From Myxococcales bacterium (GTDB lineage: Bacteria > Myxococcota > B64-G9), in the NCBI GenBank assembly GCA_012798435.1, contig JAAZNF010000003.1:2154-66153 (forward strand): a DNA stretch of 64,000 nucleotides. The letters run 5' to 3'. Within the stretch, counting starts at the first letter, position 1. Each line of letters begins with the position of its first letter. The notes below the pieces were generated by a model. That model had not been told where the DNA came from. It did no database searches and worked only from the letters and a program-made list of their open reading frames with translations. Shown here piece by piece: positions 11,163-20,951 of this stretch. Made by a program: the position numbers and the translations under genes.

Positions 11163-11373
11163 CCGGTACCTCACCCGGGGGATGAAGTGAGGCGAAGAAA
11201 ACCTCGGAGAAAACCTTCTTCTAAGGAAAAGCAGGAAAAAACTCTGGAGAAACCCCTTTTGCAATCTTGAGCGCGGCGCGCCAGGCAAGCGGTTTTCGAT
11301 AACAGGTTGACAAGGGCCCGCCGTCTGGCCGACGATGGGGCCTGTCGAATCAGTTTTTCCCTGGGGGTGACTG

Positions 11374-12684
11374 ATGCCGACTCAAAAGCAGATCGTCCGC
11401 TTCCCCCCGGGAGCGCCGGTCTTCTCCGACCGTCCGTTCGACGACAATATCCGCGCAACCGTGGACGGATTCGCCCGGCGCGGCTTCTGCCCCTCGGGCT
11501 GGCTGGAGATCGAGAACGCCGACTCGCGCCTGTACTGCCTGTTCCACCAGAGCCGGCCCTACCTGGCCGGAATTGCCGACATCGAGGGGTTCAGTTGGCT
11601 CCCACTGAGCGAGCTGGTGCCCAAGATGCGTCAGATCCAGGAGGCCCACTGTAGCCTGTTCGCCTGCGAGCTGGTCCAGGTGTTGCTCATGGCGGTCCAC
11701 TTTCGCCACCGGCCCAACCTGCAAGCCTCGACCCGCCTGGTGGATCTCGGGCACGTCCTTTCGGTGCTGCAACAGGACGGCCAGGACGCCGCCATGGCGC
11801 TGGAGCGGGGCGGCCTGCGCACGATGATGTTCATGCAAAAAGGGGTCCCCACCCGCCTCTATTTCTGCGACCCCCGCGACGACCCCGGCAAGGGCTCGGT
11901 GACCGACCGCTTTCTCGAATACGGTTTCGCCCCGGGAGCGCCCGAGGGCCGGGTGGAGGTGTTCCATCGTCTGAAGTTGGAGACCGATCCGGACGCCGGC
12001 AAGTCGCTGACCCAGCTCGAGTTGGAGGCCCAGCCTCCACCAGCGGTGAATTGCAAAGTGCTCCTCGGCGAGCAGGTGGTGCTGCAGCGTTCGTTCATGC
12101 CGCCCGCCATGTTCATCGGGCGGGATCCGACCTGTGAGCTGCGCCTGGACAACCTGAGCGTGAGCCGGCGCCACGCTCGCATCGGCTGGGAGAGAGGCCG
12201 CTTCGTCCTTCAGGACCTCAACTCGTCCAACGGCACCCTGGTCAACGGGAAGCCCGTGGACAGGCGAGACGTGGGCCTGGACGACGTTATCACCGTGGGC
12301 AAGTACCACATCCGCATCGCCGTGCCCGAGGCCATGCCCCTGCCGCAGGCCACGGTCATGGTGAGCGCGGCCGGACCGGGCAGCGGCCAGCTGTTCCTGG
12401 TGTGCGGAGAGCAGTCGGTCGAACTCAAGCACGACATCACCATCGGACGGGTGGACGGCGTGGATCTACGCCTGCGGGGGTTCGGCATCAAACCCATCCA
12501 CGCCCGTCTGCACAACACCGACGAGGGTAGCGTCCGCCTCGATTGTGTGGAGAAGGCCTGGGTGCGGGTGAACGGCGCCCGGGTCCGCAGCACGCTACTG
12601 AAGCCGGGCCAGGCCTTCGCCATCGGCCGCCACTCTCTGTCGCTGGTCGACGTCCCGCGTTATGTCCCCGCCCCGCAGGCTTGA
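11374..12684 (+). CDS. FHA-domain protein (unknown N-terminal domain plus two FHA domains)
   Basis: FHA1 is intact (IGRDP..SVSRRHA..DLNSSNGTLVNG). FHA2 is degenerate (TIGRVDGVDLRL..KPIHA). Confidence 0.85.
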   Translation: MPTQKQIVRFPPGAPVFSDRPFDDNIRATVDGFARRGFCPSGWLEIENADSRLYCLFHQSRPYLAGIADIEGFSWLPLSELVPKMRQIQEAHCSLFACELVQVLLMAVHFRHRPNLQASTRLVDLGHVLSVLQQDGQDAAMALERGGLRTMMFMQKGVPTRLYFCDPRDDPGKGSVTDRFLEYGFAPGAPEGRVEVFHRLKLETDPDAGKSLTQLELEAQPPPAVNCKVLLGEQVVLQRSFMPPAMFIGRDPTCELRLDNLSVSRRHARIGWERGRFVLQDLNSSNGTLVNGKPVDRRDVGLDDVITVGKYHIRIAVPEAMPLPQATVMVSAAGPGSGQLFLVCGEQSVELKHDITIGRVDGVDLRLRGFGIKPIHARLHNTDEGSVRLDCVEKAWVRVNGARVRSTLLKPGQAFAIGRHSLSLVDVPRYVPAPQA

Positions 12685-12901
12685 CGCGCCAGGCCTCCGT
12701 ACCTCCGCCTTCCGCTTGGTGTTCGACTCCCCGAACATCGCCGCCGTCCGCAAGGCCCAGCCAGTCAACCCGGCAAATCGGGTCGTACGACACTCACCCT
12801 CGGGAAGAAAAAACCTCGGGCGATGAGAATTTGCACCCTGCCAAAATCGCTTGTAGGATTCCTGCCAGCGCGGGGCAGTCTCCGGCGCGAGGAGGCGCAG
12901 C

Positions 12902-14899
12902 TTGGGGTTGGCGCGCGACAGCGCGGTCGTGAGGGTCATCGAGGGGGCGATCCGGCAGCGGCGCTCCGGTGTGCTCGGTCTCCGCTACGGCGCCGAGGAA
13001 GGCCGGGTGTATTTGACCGATGGCCGCCTGGCCTGGGCGGCCGCCAGCGCGGTGAAGAGCAACCTCTACCTCCGCCTGGTCGAGGCCACCGGCCAGGAAG
13101 CGAATACCATCCAGCGCATCTTCGACGAGAGCAAGAAGGCCGGCAAGAACTTCGGCGAGGCCATGATCGAACGCGGGCTGCTGGACGAGCCGCGCCTGCG
13201 CGAGATCCTGCTCGAACACGTGGCCGGTTGCCTCGCGCACCTCGGCACCTGGCCCACGCTAGAAGCGACCTTCACACCCGACTTCCGGGCCTATCGAACC
13301 AGCCTCACCTTCACTCTCGAAGAGGTGCTCGAGCGGGCCAGCCAACTCGAATCCCAGCCGGTGCAACCGCCGGCCGGCGACCCGCCCTCCCACCGAAAGG
13401 AGCGCGTCTGCCCCCGCTGCGGGAAACGCCATCCTGACACGGTGTCTTACTGCAGCGTCGACGGAACCCGGCTCTCCGAGATCGACAGCGTGCCCGAGGC
13501 GCTGGCCGAGGGCACCGCCCTGGTGGGAGCGGTGCTGGGCTCCTACCGCATCACCCACCTGCTCGGCGAGGGTGGCATGGGCTTCGTGTACCTGGCCGAG
13601 CACACCCGGCTGGGACGCAAGGTGGCGCTCAAGATGCTGCGCCAAGACAGCGCCGGCAACCCGGGCGCCGTCAAGCGCTTCTTCGTGGAGGCGCGCGCCG
13701 TCAACCAGATCAAACACGAGAACATCATCGAGATCACCGACTTCGTGGAGGACGAACGCGGCCGCAACTACTACATCATGGAGCACCTCGAAGGGCGCAC
13801 CCTGAGCGAGGAGATCGGCGAGAAGGGCGCCATGTCGGCGCGGCGGGCCATGGCCATCGCCGCCCAGGCGGCCTCCGCTCTGGCCGCGGCCCACGCCGCG
13901 GGGGTGGTCCACCGGGATCTCAAGCCTGACAATGTCTTCCTCACCACGCGCGGCGAGCGCAAGGACGTGGTGAAACTGCTCGACTTCGGGGTGGCCAAGC
14001 TGGCCGGGCCGCTGCCCGACCTGCGCCAGCTCCACAAGACCGCCGCCGGGGCCATCCTGGGCACGCCGGAGTACATGTCGCCGGAACAGGTGAGCGGCAA
14101 GGAGGTGGACTACCGCTCCGACCTGTACTCCCTGGGTGTCATCATGTTCGAGATGGTGACCGGCAAGAAGCCGTTCCAGGCCAAGACCTTCGGCGAGATG
14201 GTCATCAAGCACCTGACGGTCAAGCCGCCGCGACCGAGCCAGCTCAAGGACACGCCGGTGCGTCTGCCGCGGGTGTTCGAGGACCTCATCCTGGAATGCC
14301 TGGATAAGGACCCGGCCCGACGCCCCCGGGACGCGAAGGAGATCGAAGACCGGTTGCGAAAGTACGCCGGCCTGAGCTCGGTCCAGCTCGAGTCCCTGGG
14401 ACCCGAAACCCGCCGGCGCCGACCCGCATGGTTGGTCGCCGCCATCGCCATCGGCTCGCTGGCGGCCGCGGGGGCGGCGCTGTTCTTTGCGCTGCGGCGG
14501 GAAACCAGCCAACCTCCCCCGCCGTCCCCACCTCCCCTGCCGCCCCCGGTCGCCGACGCGGCCATGCCACAGGAGCCACCGCCTCCCCCGCCGCCGGCGA
14601 TGATCACCGTGTCGTTCGAAACCACGCCGGCGGGGGCCGAGGTCTGGCGGGAGGGAGGCGAGGTGCCGCTGGGAAAGACGCCGCTCTCTCTCACCTTCGA
14701 GCACGCCGAAAAGAAGGCGACCTTCGAGCTGCGCCTGCCGGGATTCGAGAAGGCGTCACGGGAAATCTTACTGGACAAGGACGCCCAGGTAGTGGTGGCG
14801 CTGACTCGCCTGAAAAAGACGCCCCGACCGGACGCGGGCAAACCCGAGCCAGACCCACACCTGGACAATGACACGACCATCGACCCCTTCGACGAATGA
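12902..14899 (+). CDS. Ser/Thr protein kinase with DUF4388/PATAN-like N-terminus, Zn-ribbon, TM and PEGA-like domain
   Basis: 'RSGVLGL...GRVYLTDGRLAWA...NFGEAMIERGLL' and CPRCG..YCSVDG. Kinase motifs GEGGMG, VALK, HRDLKPDN, DFGVAK, YMSPE. TM helix and 'TPAGAEV..LGKTP'. Start uncertain (TTG 12902 or GTG 12929). Confidence 0.88.
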   Translation: MGLARDSAVVRVIEGAIRQRRSGVLGLRYGAEEGRVYLTDGRLAWAAASAVKSNLYLRLVEATGQEANTIQRIFDESKKAGKNFGEAMIERGLLDEPRLREILLEHVAGCLAHLGTWPTLEATFTPDFRAYRTSLTFTLEEVLERASQLESQPVQPPAGDPPSHRKERVCPRCGKRHPDTVSYCSVDGTRLSEIDSVPEALAEGTALVGAVLGSYRITHLLGEGGMGFVYLAEHTRLGRKVALKMLRQDSAGNPGAVKRFFVEARAVNQIKHENIIEITDFVEDERGRNYYIMEHLEGRTLSEEIGEKGAMSARRAMAIAAQAASALAAAHAAGVVHRDLKPDNVFLTTRGERKDVVKLLDFGVAKLAGPLPDLRQLHKTAAGAILGTPEYMSPEQVSGKEVDYRSDLYSLGVIMFEMVTGKKPFQAKTFGEMVIKHLTVKPPRPSQLKDTPVRLPRVFEDLILECLDKDPARRPRDAKEIEDRLRKYAGLSSVQLESLGPETRRRRPAWLVAAIAIGSLAAAGAALFFALRRETSQPPPPSPPPLPPPVADAAMPQEPPPPPPPAMITVSFETTPAGAEVWREGGEVPLGKTPLSLTFEHAEKKATFELRLPGFEKASREILLDKDAQVVVALTRLKKTPRPDAGKPEPDPHLDNDTTIDPFDE

Positions 14900-15257
14900 G
14901 CGAAAGGTGCAGACGACTCGCCTTGCTCTCATCTGGAGCGAGTTTACTGGAAGCCTGGAGGCGAAGCCGACGGAGCCGATGCGTTCACGGGTGCGGCCTG
15001 TGCATGCTCATCGCCCTGTCGCTCGCGGCCTGCTCGGGAAATGGCGGCGCCCCCGATGCCCATGGCCTCCTTGACTCGGACGAAATGGTCACCCCGGGTG
15101 ACGACAGCGGCCTCGGGTAGGAGCCTTGGCGCGCGGTCTCCGAGGATGGTCATGGGCGTAGTGAAAAAAGCCTGATCACGGGTATCTCCGCGCGCGCCCC
15201 GATCCGCGGCCGTCACGGCTCCGAGCCGATGCTCCCTCACACGCCGCCTCCTCTCCG

Positions 15258-15286
15258 TTGACTTCAGCGCCTCGAGGACCTAGACT
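15258..15286 (+). promoter_or_regulatory. Putative sigma-70 promoter of the Hsp70/J-protein genes
   Basis: TTGACT-17 nt-TAGACT. Confidence 0.55.
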
Positions 15287-15322
15287 TTGCCGCGGATTCA
15301 ATCGGCGCGAGGAGCCCGGACC

Positions 15323-16897
15323 ATGGCCGTAGAACCGGTGATCGGCATCGACCTCGGCACTTCCTATTCATCGGTCGCCGTCGTCCAGGAAGGCGAAGTG
15401 ATGGTCATCCCCAACGAGTGGGGCGAGACGGTGCACGCCTCGGTGGTCTCGTTCCTGGAGGACGGCCGCATCCAGGTGGGCAACGACGCCAAGCGCCGCC
15501 TGCTCACCCACCCGCGCCACACCATCTACTCGGCCAAGCGCCTCATCGGCCGCTTCTTCTTCTCCCCCGAGGTCAAGAAGGCCCGGGCGGTGTGCCCCTA
15601 CGAGATCGTGGAGGGCCCCAACCACAGCGTGCGCATCCAGGTGATGGGCGAGCAGCTCAGCCTGCCGCAGGTGTCGGCCCTGGTGCTCAAGGAGATGAAG
15701 GAAATCGCCGAGAACCACCTGGGCTGCGAGATCAAGAAGGCGGTGGTGACGGTGCCGGCCTTCTTCAACGACAACCAGCGCCAGGCCACCAACGACGCCG
15801 GGCGCATCGCCGGTCTGGAGGTGCTGCGCATCATCAACGAGCCCACCGCCGCCGCCCTGGCCTACGGCTTCGGCAAGAACGTCAACGAGCGGGTGGTGGT
15901 GTACGACCTGGGCGGGGGCACCTTCGACGTGAGCATCCTGGAGATCGGCGACAACAACACCTTCGAGGTCCTGGCCACCGCCGGCGACACCTACCTCGGC
16001 GGCGACGACATGGACATGCGCCTGATGGACTTCTTCGCCGACCAGTTCATGCAGGAGACCGGCATCAACCTGCGCAACGACGTCCAGGCCCTGCAGAAAC
16101 TGCGCGACGTGGCCGAGGAGACCAAGAAGGCCTTCTCCACCAAGAAGAAGGTCAAGGTGCACATCCCCGAGGTGTTCACCGACAGTGACGGCAAGGTGTA
16201 CGAGTTCAACTCCATCATCGACAACGACACCTTCACCAAGCTCATCATGGATCTCATCCAGCGCACCTTCAAGGTGTGCGACGAGGCCTTCCAGTCGGCC
16301 GGCTTCACCGTGAACGACGTGGACGGGGTGATCCTGGTGGGCGGCCCCACCCGGTTGCCGCTGGTGCGCGACTCGGTGCGGCACTACTTCAGCAAGGAGC
16401 CCCAGGCCGGCGTCAACCCCGACCACGTGGTGGCCATGGGCGCGGCCATCCAGGGCGCGGCGCTGACCGACGCCGCCGCCCAGACCTTCCTGCTGGACGT
16501 CACCCCGCTCACCCTGCGCCTGGCCACGGTAGGCGGTTTCACCGAGGCCATCATCGACAAGAACACCCCGGTGCCCATCGATCGCACCCGCACCTTCGTC
16601 ACCTCGCGCGACAACCAGGACAAGGTGCGCATCCGCATCCTGCAGGGCGAGAGCAACCGGGTGGAGGAGAACGAGCTCCTCGGCGAGTTCGAGTTCTCGG
16701 GCTTCCGCATCGCCGGCCGGGGCGAGGTCAAGATCGAGGTCACCTTCGAGATCGACTCGAACGGCATCGTCAACGTCTCGGCCCGCGACCCGGAGAGCGG
16801 TCAGAGCGCCTCAACGCGGGTGAGCCTGAGCAGCGGACTGACCGAACAGGAGATCCAACAGAGCACCCAGCGGGTACAGTCGGCCGAGCTGGCCTGA
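15323..16897 (+). CDS. Hsp70/DnaK-family paralog lacking the C-terminal helical lid
   Basis: [51 protein letters not shown] and linker LLDVTPL. Ends about 20 aa after SBD-beta (524 aa). AGGAG RBS. Confidence 0.92.
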   Translation: MAVEPVIGIDLGTSYSSVAVVQEGEVMVIPNEWGETVHASVVSFLEDGRIQVGNDAKRRLLTHPRHTIYSAKRLIGRFFFSPEVKKARAVCPYEIVEGPNHSVRIQVMGEQLSLPQVSALVLKEMKEIAENHLGCEIKKAVVTVPAFFNDNQRQATNDAGRIAGLEVLRIINEPTAAALAYGFGKNVNERVVVYDLGGGTFDVSILEIGDNNTFEVLATAGDTYLGGDDMDMRLMDFFADQFMQETGINLRNDVQALQKLRDVAEETKKAFSTKKKVKVHIPEVFTDSDGKVYEFNSIIDNDTFTKLIMDLIQRTFKVCDEAFQSAGFTVNDVDGVILVGGPTRLPLVRDSVRHYFSKEPQAGVNPDHVVAMGAAIQGAALTDAAAQTFLLDVTPLTLRLATVGGFTEAIIDKNTPVPIDRTRTFVTSRDNQDKVRIRILQGESNRVEENELLGEFEFSGFRIAGRGEVKIEVTFEIDSNGIVNVSARDPESGQSASTRVSLSSGLTEQEIQQSTQRVQSAELA

Positions 16898-16942
16898 GGA
16901 CGAAGACGGCGGCGAGGCCGCGCCGGGTAGAGGACGTCGTCC

Positions 16943-17539
16943 ATGGATCCGAAGTTCGCCACCGAGGTCGAGACGCTGAGTCGGCTCATCGACGAGCTGG
17001 ACTACTACCAGATCCTGCGCGTGCCGAAAAACGCCAGCCTGGGACAGGTGCGCAAGGCCTACCACGAGCAATCGCTCAAGTTCCACCCGGATCGTTTCTT
17101 TGGCCTACCCGAAGGCGCGCTGAAATCCGGTATCAAGAAGATCGCCAAGCGCGTGGCCGAGGCCTACGTCACCCTTCGTGACGCCAGCAAGCGGCGCGCC
17201 TACGACCTCCAACTCCAGCGATTGCAGTCCCCTTCCCCCGCGGCCCCGGAGAGCGCTCCCGGCGCGCCCGCGCCGGCCGCGGCCCCCCCGGCCACGGCAT
17301 TGCGCTTCACCGAGCAGACCGAGAAGGCCTTCAAGCAGGAGAAGCAGCAGCAGTTCGGCAAGACCGAGAAGGGCCGCAAACTGTACCAGCAGGGGATGCG
17401 GGAGTTCCAGGCCAAGAACTTCGTCGCCGCCGAGCGCACCTTCAAGATGGCGCTGGCCTACGAGCCGGACAACGAGCTGTTCGCCAAGCTGCGCGACGAG
17501 GCCGGGCGCAACATCAAGACCGACTACACCATCAAGTAG
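16943..17539 (+). CDS. J-domain (DnaJ-type) co-chaperone with C-terminal TPR
   Basis: DYYQIL...KFHPDRF...AEAYVTLRD..KRRAYD, plus a TPR-like C-terminus (LYQQG...FKMALAYEPDN). Confidence 0.9.
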   Translation: MDPKFATEVETLSRLIDELDYYQILRVPKNASLGQVRKAYHEQSLKFHPDRFFGLPEGALKSGIKKIAKRVAEAYVTLRDASKRRAYDLQLQRLQSPSPAAPESAPGAPAPAAAPPATALRFTEQTEKAFKQEKQQQFGKTEKGRKLYQQGMREFQAKNFVAAERTFKMALAYEPDNELFAKLRDEAGRNIKTDYTIK

Positions 17540-17563
17540 CCGGCGCCGTCCCCGGGGGTCCAC

Positions 17564-19441
17564 ATGAAACCCGTTATCCAGTACGCCGTCCTGTTGGACG
17601 CCACCGACGGTTCGCACGAGTTGAGCGCCCTCGAGGCGCCGGAACCGCTCGGCCCGGTGGACTTCGCCTGGCGCGAGCGCTCGCGCGGCGCCACCTGCGT
17701 CGGCGCCGGCATCCTGGCTGGCGGCATCGTCCCCGGCTCCAACCGCTTGATCTTCGCTGGCGACTCCGAGCTGTGGGGCGGTTTCTACACCTCCGCATTG
17801 GGCGGGGCGGGCCTGTTGTGGGACGGCGTCGGGATCTCGTTTCTCGCCGTGCGCGGCAGGGCCGCGCGCCCCAGCGTGGTGATCCTGGCCGGCGAGAAGA
17901 ACGGTTTCCCCTCCTGTCGCCAGGTCCCGCTCGACCTCGACAAAGCATGGAAGGAAAAGGACGGCGAGGCGGGCTTCTACGCTCTCCAGCGACACGTCTT
18001 TTCGAACCTGTGGGATCGTCAGGGCACGCCGCGGGTGCTGGCGGTGGGGCCGGCCGCCCGGACCACCCGTTTCGGCGCGGTCGGCTCGAGCCGCACCGCC
18101 GCAGGCAAGCTCACCGCCGTGGACGACTGGGCCGGGCGCGGCGGCTTCGGCTCGCGGCTGCTCCAGCGGCACAACATCTGCGCCATCGTGTATGGCGGCG
18201 ACTTCGAGGACGAGGATCTTACCGACCGGGCCGAGGCCGATGGCTTCTTCCAGAAGCGCTTCTCCAAGAGCATGCTGCTGGAGGACCTGGAGGCCACCAC
18301 CAAGTACCGGTTCGACCCGCGCTGGAAGTCGGGCGGCACCTTCGGGGTCAACTACTCCAGCCTGCAGGACAGCATGCTGTCGTTCAACTACCGCTCGGTG
18401 AGCTGGGGGCGGGAGCAGCGGCGTGCCCTGTGGGAGCGGCTGGTGCGCGATCACTTCCTGGCGCAGTTCAACCACGAGACGATCGAGAAGAAGCAGTTCT
18501 CCCATTGCGGCGAACCCTGTCCGGCGGTGTGCAAAAAGATGAACGGCGTCTTCAAGAAGGACTACGAGCCCTACCACACCCTGGGGCCGCAACTGGGCGT
18601 GTTCGACCAGCGGGTGGCTGAAAAGCTCAACCGACGCTCGGACGCGCTCGGCTTCGACGGCATCCAGGTCGGCGGTCTCATCGCCTGGGTCATGGAGTGC
18701 CTCCACCAGGGCGTGGTATCGGCCACCGCGATCGGCCTGCCGCCCGACGTGCCCGAGCGGCCGGTGTTCGAGCCGGATAGATTCGACCCGGCGCGCGACT
18801 CGGAGCACAACGGCCGGATCGCGCTTGCGCTGCTTGATCTCTGCGCCACCCCGGGACACCTGCTCTCGCGTGGGATGCGCCAGGCGGCGCGGGAGCTGGG
18901 ACCGCAGGCGGCGGCGCTGGCGGTGTATCTTGCGAACGGCCCGGAGGGTTGGATGGTCCCCAACCAGTATTGGGTGCCGGGGATGCTGGCCCCCATGCCC
19001 ATCATGGGGAAATACTTCACCGATTACGCCAGCGACTTCCGCCCGCCGCGCGAGCTGGGGCGGCGCTGCGTCGAGCGCATGCTCGCCGAGATCACCACCG
19101 AGAACGCAGGAGTTTGCCGCTTCCACCGCGGTTGGTCGGAGAAGCTGTGGCCCGAGCTGGTCAACGGCCACCTCGGCGCGGCCTTCGACTTTGCGATCAT
19201 CCACGCCGCCCTGTGTCGAGCCATCCGCGCGCAGGCGAAGCCGGTGTTCTGGGAGTGCCGGAAAATCTTCGAGATCCTGGCCGGTTACTTCACCTCCCTC
19301 GCGGAGGAGAACCCCGCCGACGAGGCGATCCGCACCTGGCACAACCGCATCATCGCCGATCCGGCGGCGGCGGCCCGCGCCTACTGGGACGAGCTCGCGG
19401 CGGGGATCGACGAGGGATTTTCACTGCTCCCGGGCGAATGA
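17564..19441 (+). CDS. Tungsten-pterin aldehyde:ferredoxin oxidoreductase family protein, GAPOR-like
   Basis: GSNRLIF..WGGFYTSALGGAG, WAGRGGFGS, KYRFDP..GGTFGVNY, CGEPCPAVCKK, DYEPY, NQYWVPG and CRFHRGW, recognised as AOR/GAPOR-family motifs. Confidence 0.78.
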   Translation: MKPVIQYAVLLDATDGSHELSALEAPEPLGPVDFAWRERSRGATCVGAGILAGGIVPGSNRLIFAGDSELWGGFYTSALGGAGLLWDGVGISFLAVRGRAARPSVVILAGEKNGFPSCRQVPLDLDKAWKEKDGEAGFYALQRHVFSNLWDRQGTPRVLAVGPAARTTRFGAVGSSRTAAGKLTAVDDWAGRGGFGSRLLQRHNICAIVYGGDFEDEDLTDRAEADGFFQKRFSKSMLLEDLEATTKYRFDPRWKSGGTFGVNYSSLQDSMLSFNYRSVSWGREQRRALWERLVRDHFLAQFNHETIEKKQFSHCGEPCPAVCKKMNGVFKKDYEPYHTLGPQLGVFDQRVAEKLNRRSDALGFDGIQVGGLIAWVMECLHQGVVSATAIGLPPDVPERPVFEPDRFDPARDSEHNGRIALALLDLCATPGHLLSRGMRQAARELGPQAAALAVYLANGPEGWMVPNQYWVPGMLAPMPIMGKYFTDYASDFRPPRELGRRCVERMLAEITTENAGVCRFHRGWSEKLWPELVNGHLGAAFDFAIIHAALCRAIRAQAKPVFWECRKIFEILAGYFTSLAEENPADEAIRTWHNRIIADPAAAARAYWDELAAGIDEGFSLLPGE

Positions 19442-20184
19442 TCATCGACATCGTCATCCTGGTGCTGGTCTTGATCTTCGCCGTCCTGGGATATTGGAGC
19501 GGCCTGCTGCGGCAGGCGCTGCGCCTGGCCGCCCTGGTGTGCGCAGGTCTCCTGGCCGCGCCCCTGGGCGCGCTGTTCGCCCCCGCGATCACTCGCGCCT
19601 TCGAGGTGCAGCCTCTGGTGGGCCGGGTGGCCGGACCGCTTCTGGCCTTCGTGGCCCTGTACCTCGTCCTGTCCGTCGCCGCCTTTGTCATCCTGCGTGG
19701 CATCCGGCGCCGCCGGCGAGAACTCGGCCGCGCCGCTGTCCCCGCCTGGGAGCGCTGGACCGGCGCCGTGCTGGGCGCGCTGAAGCTGGCCGCCATCGCC
19801 TTCTTGCTGCTCTCGGGGCTGGTGCTGCTGGAACGATTCTCTCCCGGCGGCGAGAAAGCCCACGCGGTGGTGCGCGAGTCCCGCCTGTGCGCGCTGGCCC
19901 GGTCAGCCAACCTGTTCGCCGCCTTGCACCTGCCCGTGGTGGGCAAGGTGGAGTCACTGGGCAAACTGGCCGCCGACCCGGAGTTCCGCGAGAAAGCGGC
20001 CGCCGATCCGGCGGTGCAACGGCTGCTCTTCCACCCCATCTTCCGAAAGCTCCTGGACGATCCGGAAATCCAAGAGCTGGCGAAGAACAGCGACCTGGCC
20101 GGCCTGCTCGGCAACCCCCGCCTGAACCAGACCCTGGAAGATCCCGAGATCAAGAAACTGCTTTCGGAGATCGAGCTGCGCTGA
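19438..20184 (+). CDS. cvpA: CvpA (colicin V production) family membrane protein
   Basis: ATGA overlap. 'MIIDIVILVLVLIFAVLGYWSGLLRQ' N-terminus, 'ERWTGAVLGALK' and four TM helices. Confidence 0.8.
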   Translation: MIIDIVILVLVLIFAVLGYWSGLLRQALRLAALVCAGLLAAPLGALFAPAITRAFEVQPLVGRVAGPLLAFVALYLVLSVAAFVILRGIRRRRRELGRAAVPAWERWTGAVLGALKLAAIAFLLLSGLVLLERFSPGGEKAHAVVRESRLCALARSANLFAALHLPVVGKVESLGKLAADPEFREKAAADPAVQRLLFHPIFRKLLDDPEIQELAKNSDLAGLLGNPRLNQTLEDPEIKKLLSEIELR

Positions 20185-20213
20185 TACATTGCGCGAAAGA
20201 GAAGAGGAACAAA

Positions 20214-20951
20214 ATGAAAGACGACGGATTTGCTCCTTCAGGAACAGACAGCCGGATCTCCGCAGCCACGCGCAACCTCATCCGCAAGGAGCTGGCCGAG
20301 CATACTCCCATCCCCACCATCGTAAAGCTCCTCATGCAGCAGGGGTTGTCCCGCGCCGACGCCAACTACGCCATCGACGTGGTGCAGTCCGAGGGCATCA
20401 TGGGCCCTGACGCGGCCGGCCCCAGCCCGGCGGTGCAAGGCGCCCTGGGCCTCCTGGGCGGGGTGCTAGCCGCCACCCTCGGCGGCGCGGTGTGGGCGGT
20501 GCTCACCTACGCCACCAACACCGAGATCGGCATCGTGGCCTGGGGCATCGGCTGGCTGACCGGCCTGGCGGTGGTGCTCTTCTCCCGTGGCGGGCGGGGC
20601 GTGCCGTTCCAGATCGCGGCGGCGATGTGCGCGGTGCTGGGCATCGCCATCGGCAAGTACGGCTCGATCTTCCTCTTCGCCAACAAGGAGTCCGGCGGCG
20701 AGCTGTCGCCGTTCGACCCGCGCCTGATCGAGCTGTTCTTCACCAAGGCCGGGGAGTGGTTCTCGGGCTATGACCTGCTGTGGGTGGGTCTGGCGGTGGT
20801 CACCGCCTTCGGGATCCCCAAGGTCCGCACGGCCAAGGGTGTGGTGCTCGCGGAAGACGCGCCGGCTGCCGGTTCTCCTGGGGCGGGCCCGTCATCGCCT
20901 CCCGGCTTGCCACCTTCCGAGACCCCGCCCGACGAGCCGCCCCGGATCTGA
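20214..20951 (+). CDS. Hypothetical membrane protein (about 4 TM)
   Basis: GAGG RBS then ATG. Several Gly-rich hydrophobic helices and a Pro-rich tail. Confidence 0.7.
   Translation: MKDDGFAPSGTDSRISAATRNLIRKELAEHTPIPTIVKLLMQQGLSRADANYAIDVVQSEGIMGPDAAGPSPAVQGALGLLGGVLAATLGGAVWAVLTYATNTEIGIVAWGIGWLTGLAVVLFSRGGRGVPFQIAAAMCAVLGIAIGKYGSIFLFANKESGGELSPFDPRLIELFFTKAGEWFSGYDLLWVGLAVVTAFGIPKVRTAKGVVLAEDAPAAGSPGAGPSSPPGLPPSETPPDEPPRI

Noticed and set aside
12718-12737. GTTCGACTCC T-loop-like motif suggesting a tRNA or att site
   Set aside because: Only a small TGTTCG/CGAACA hairpin. No cloverleaf, acceptor stem or CCA could be built, and there is no integrase nearby.
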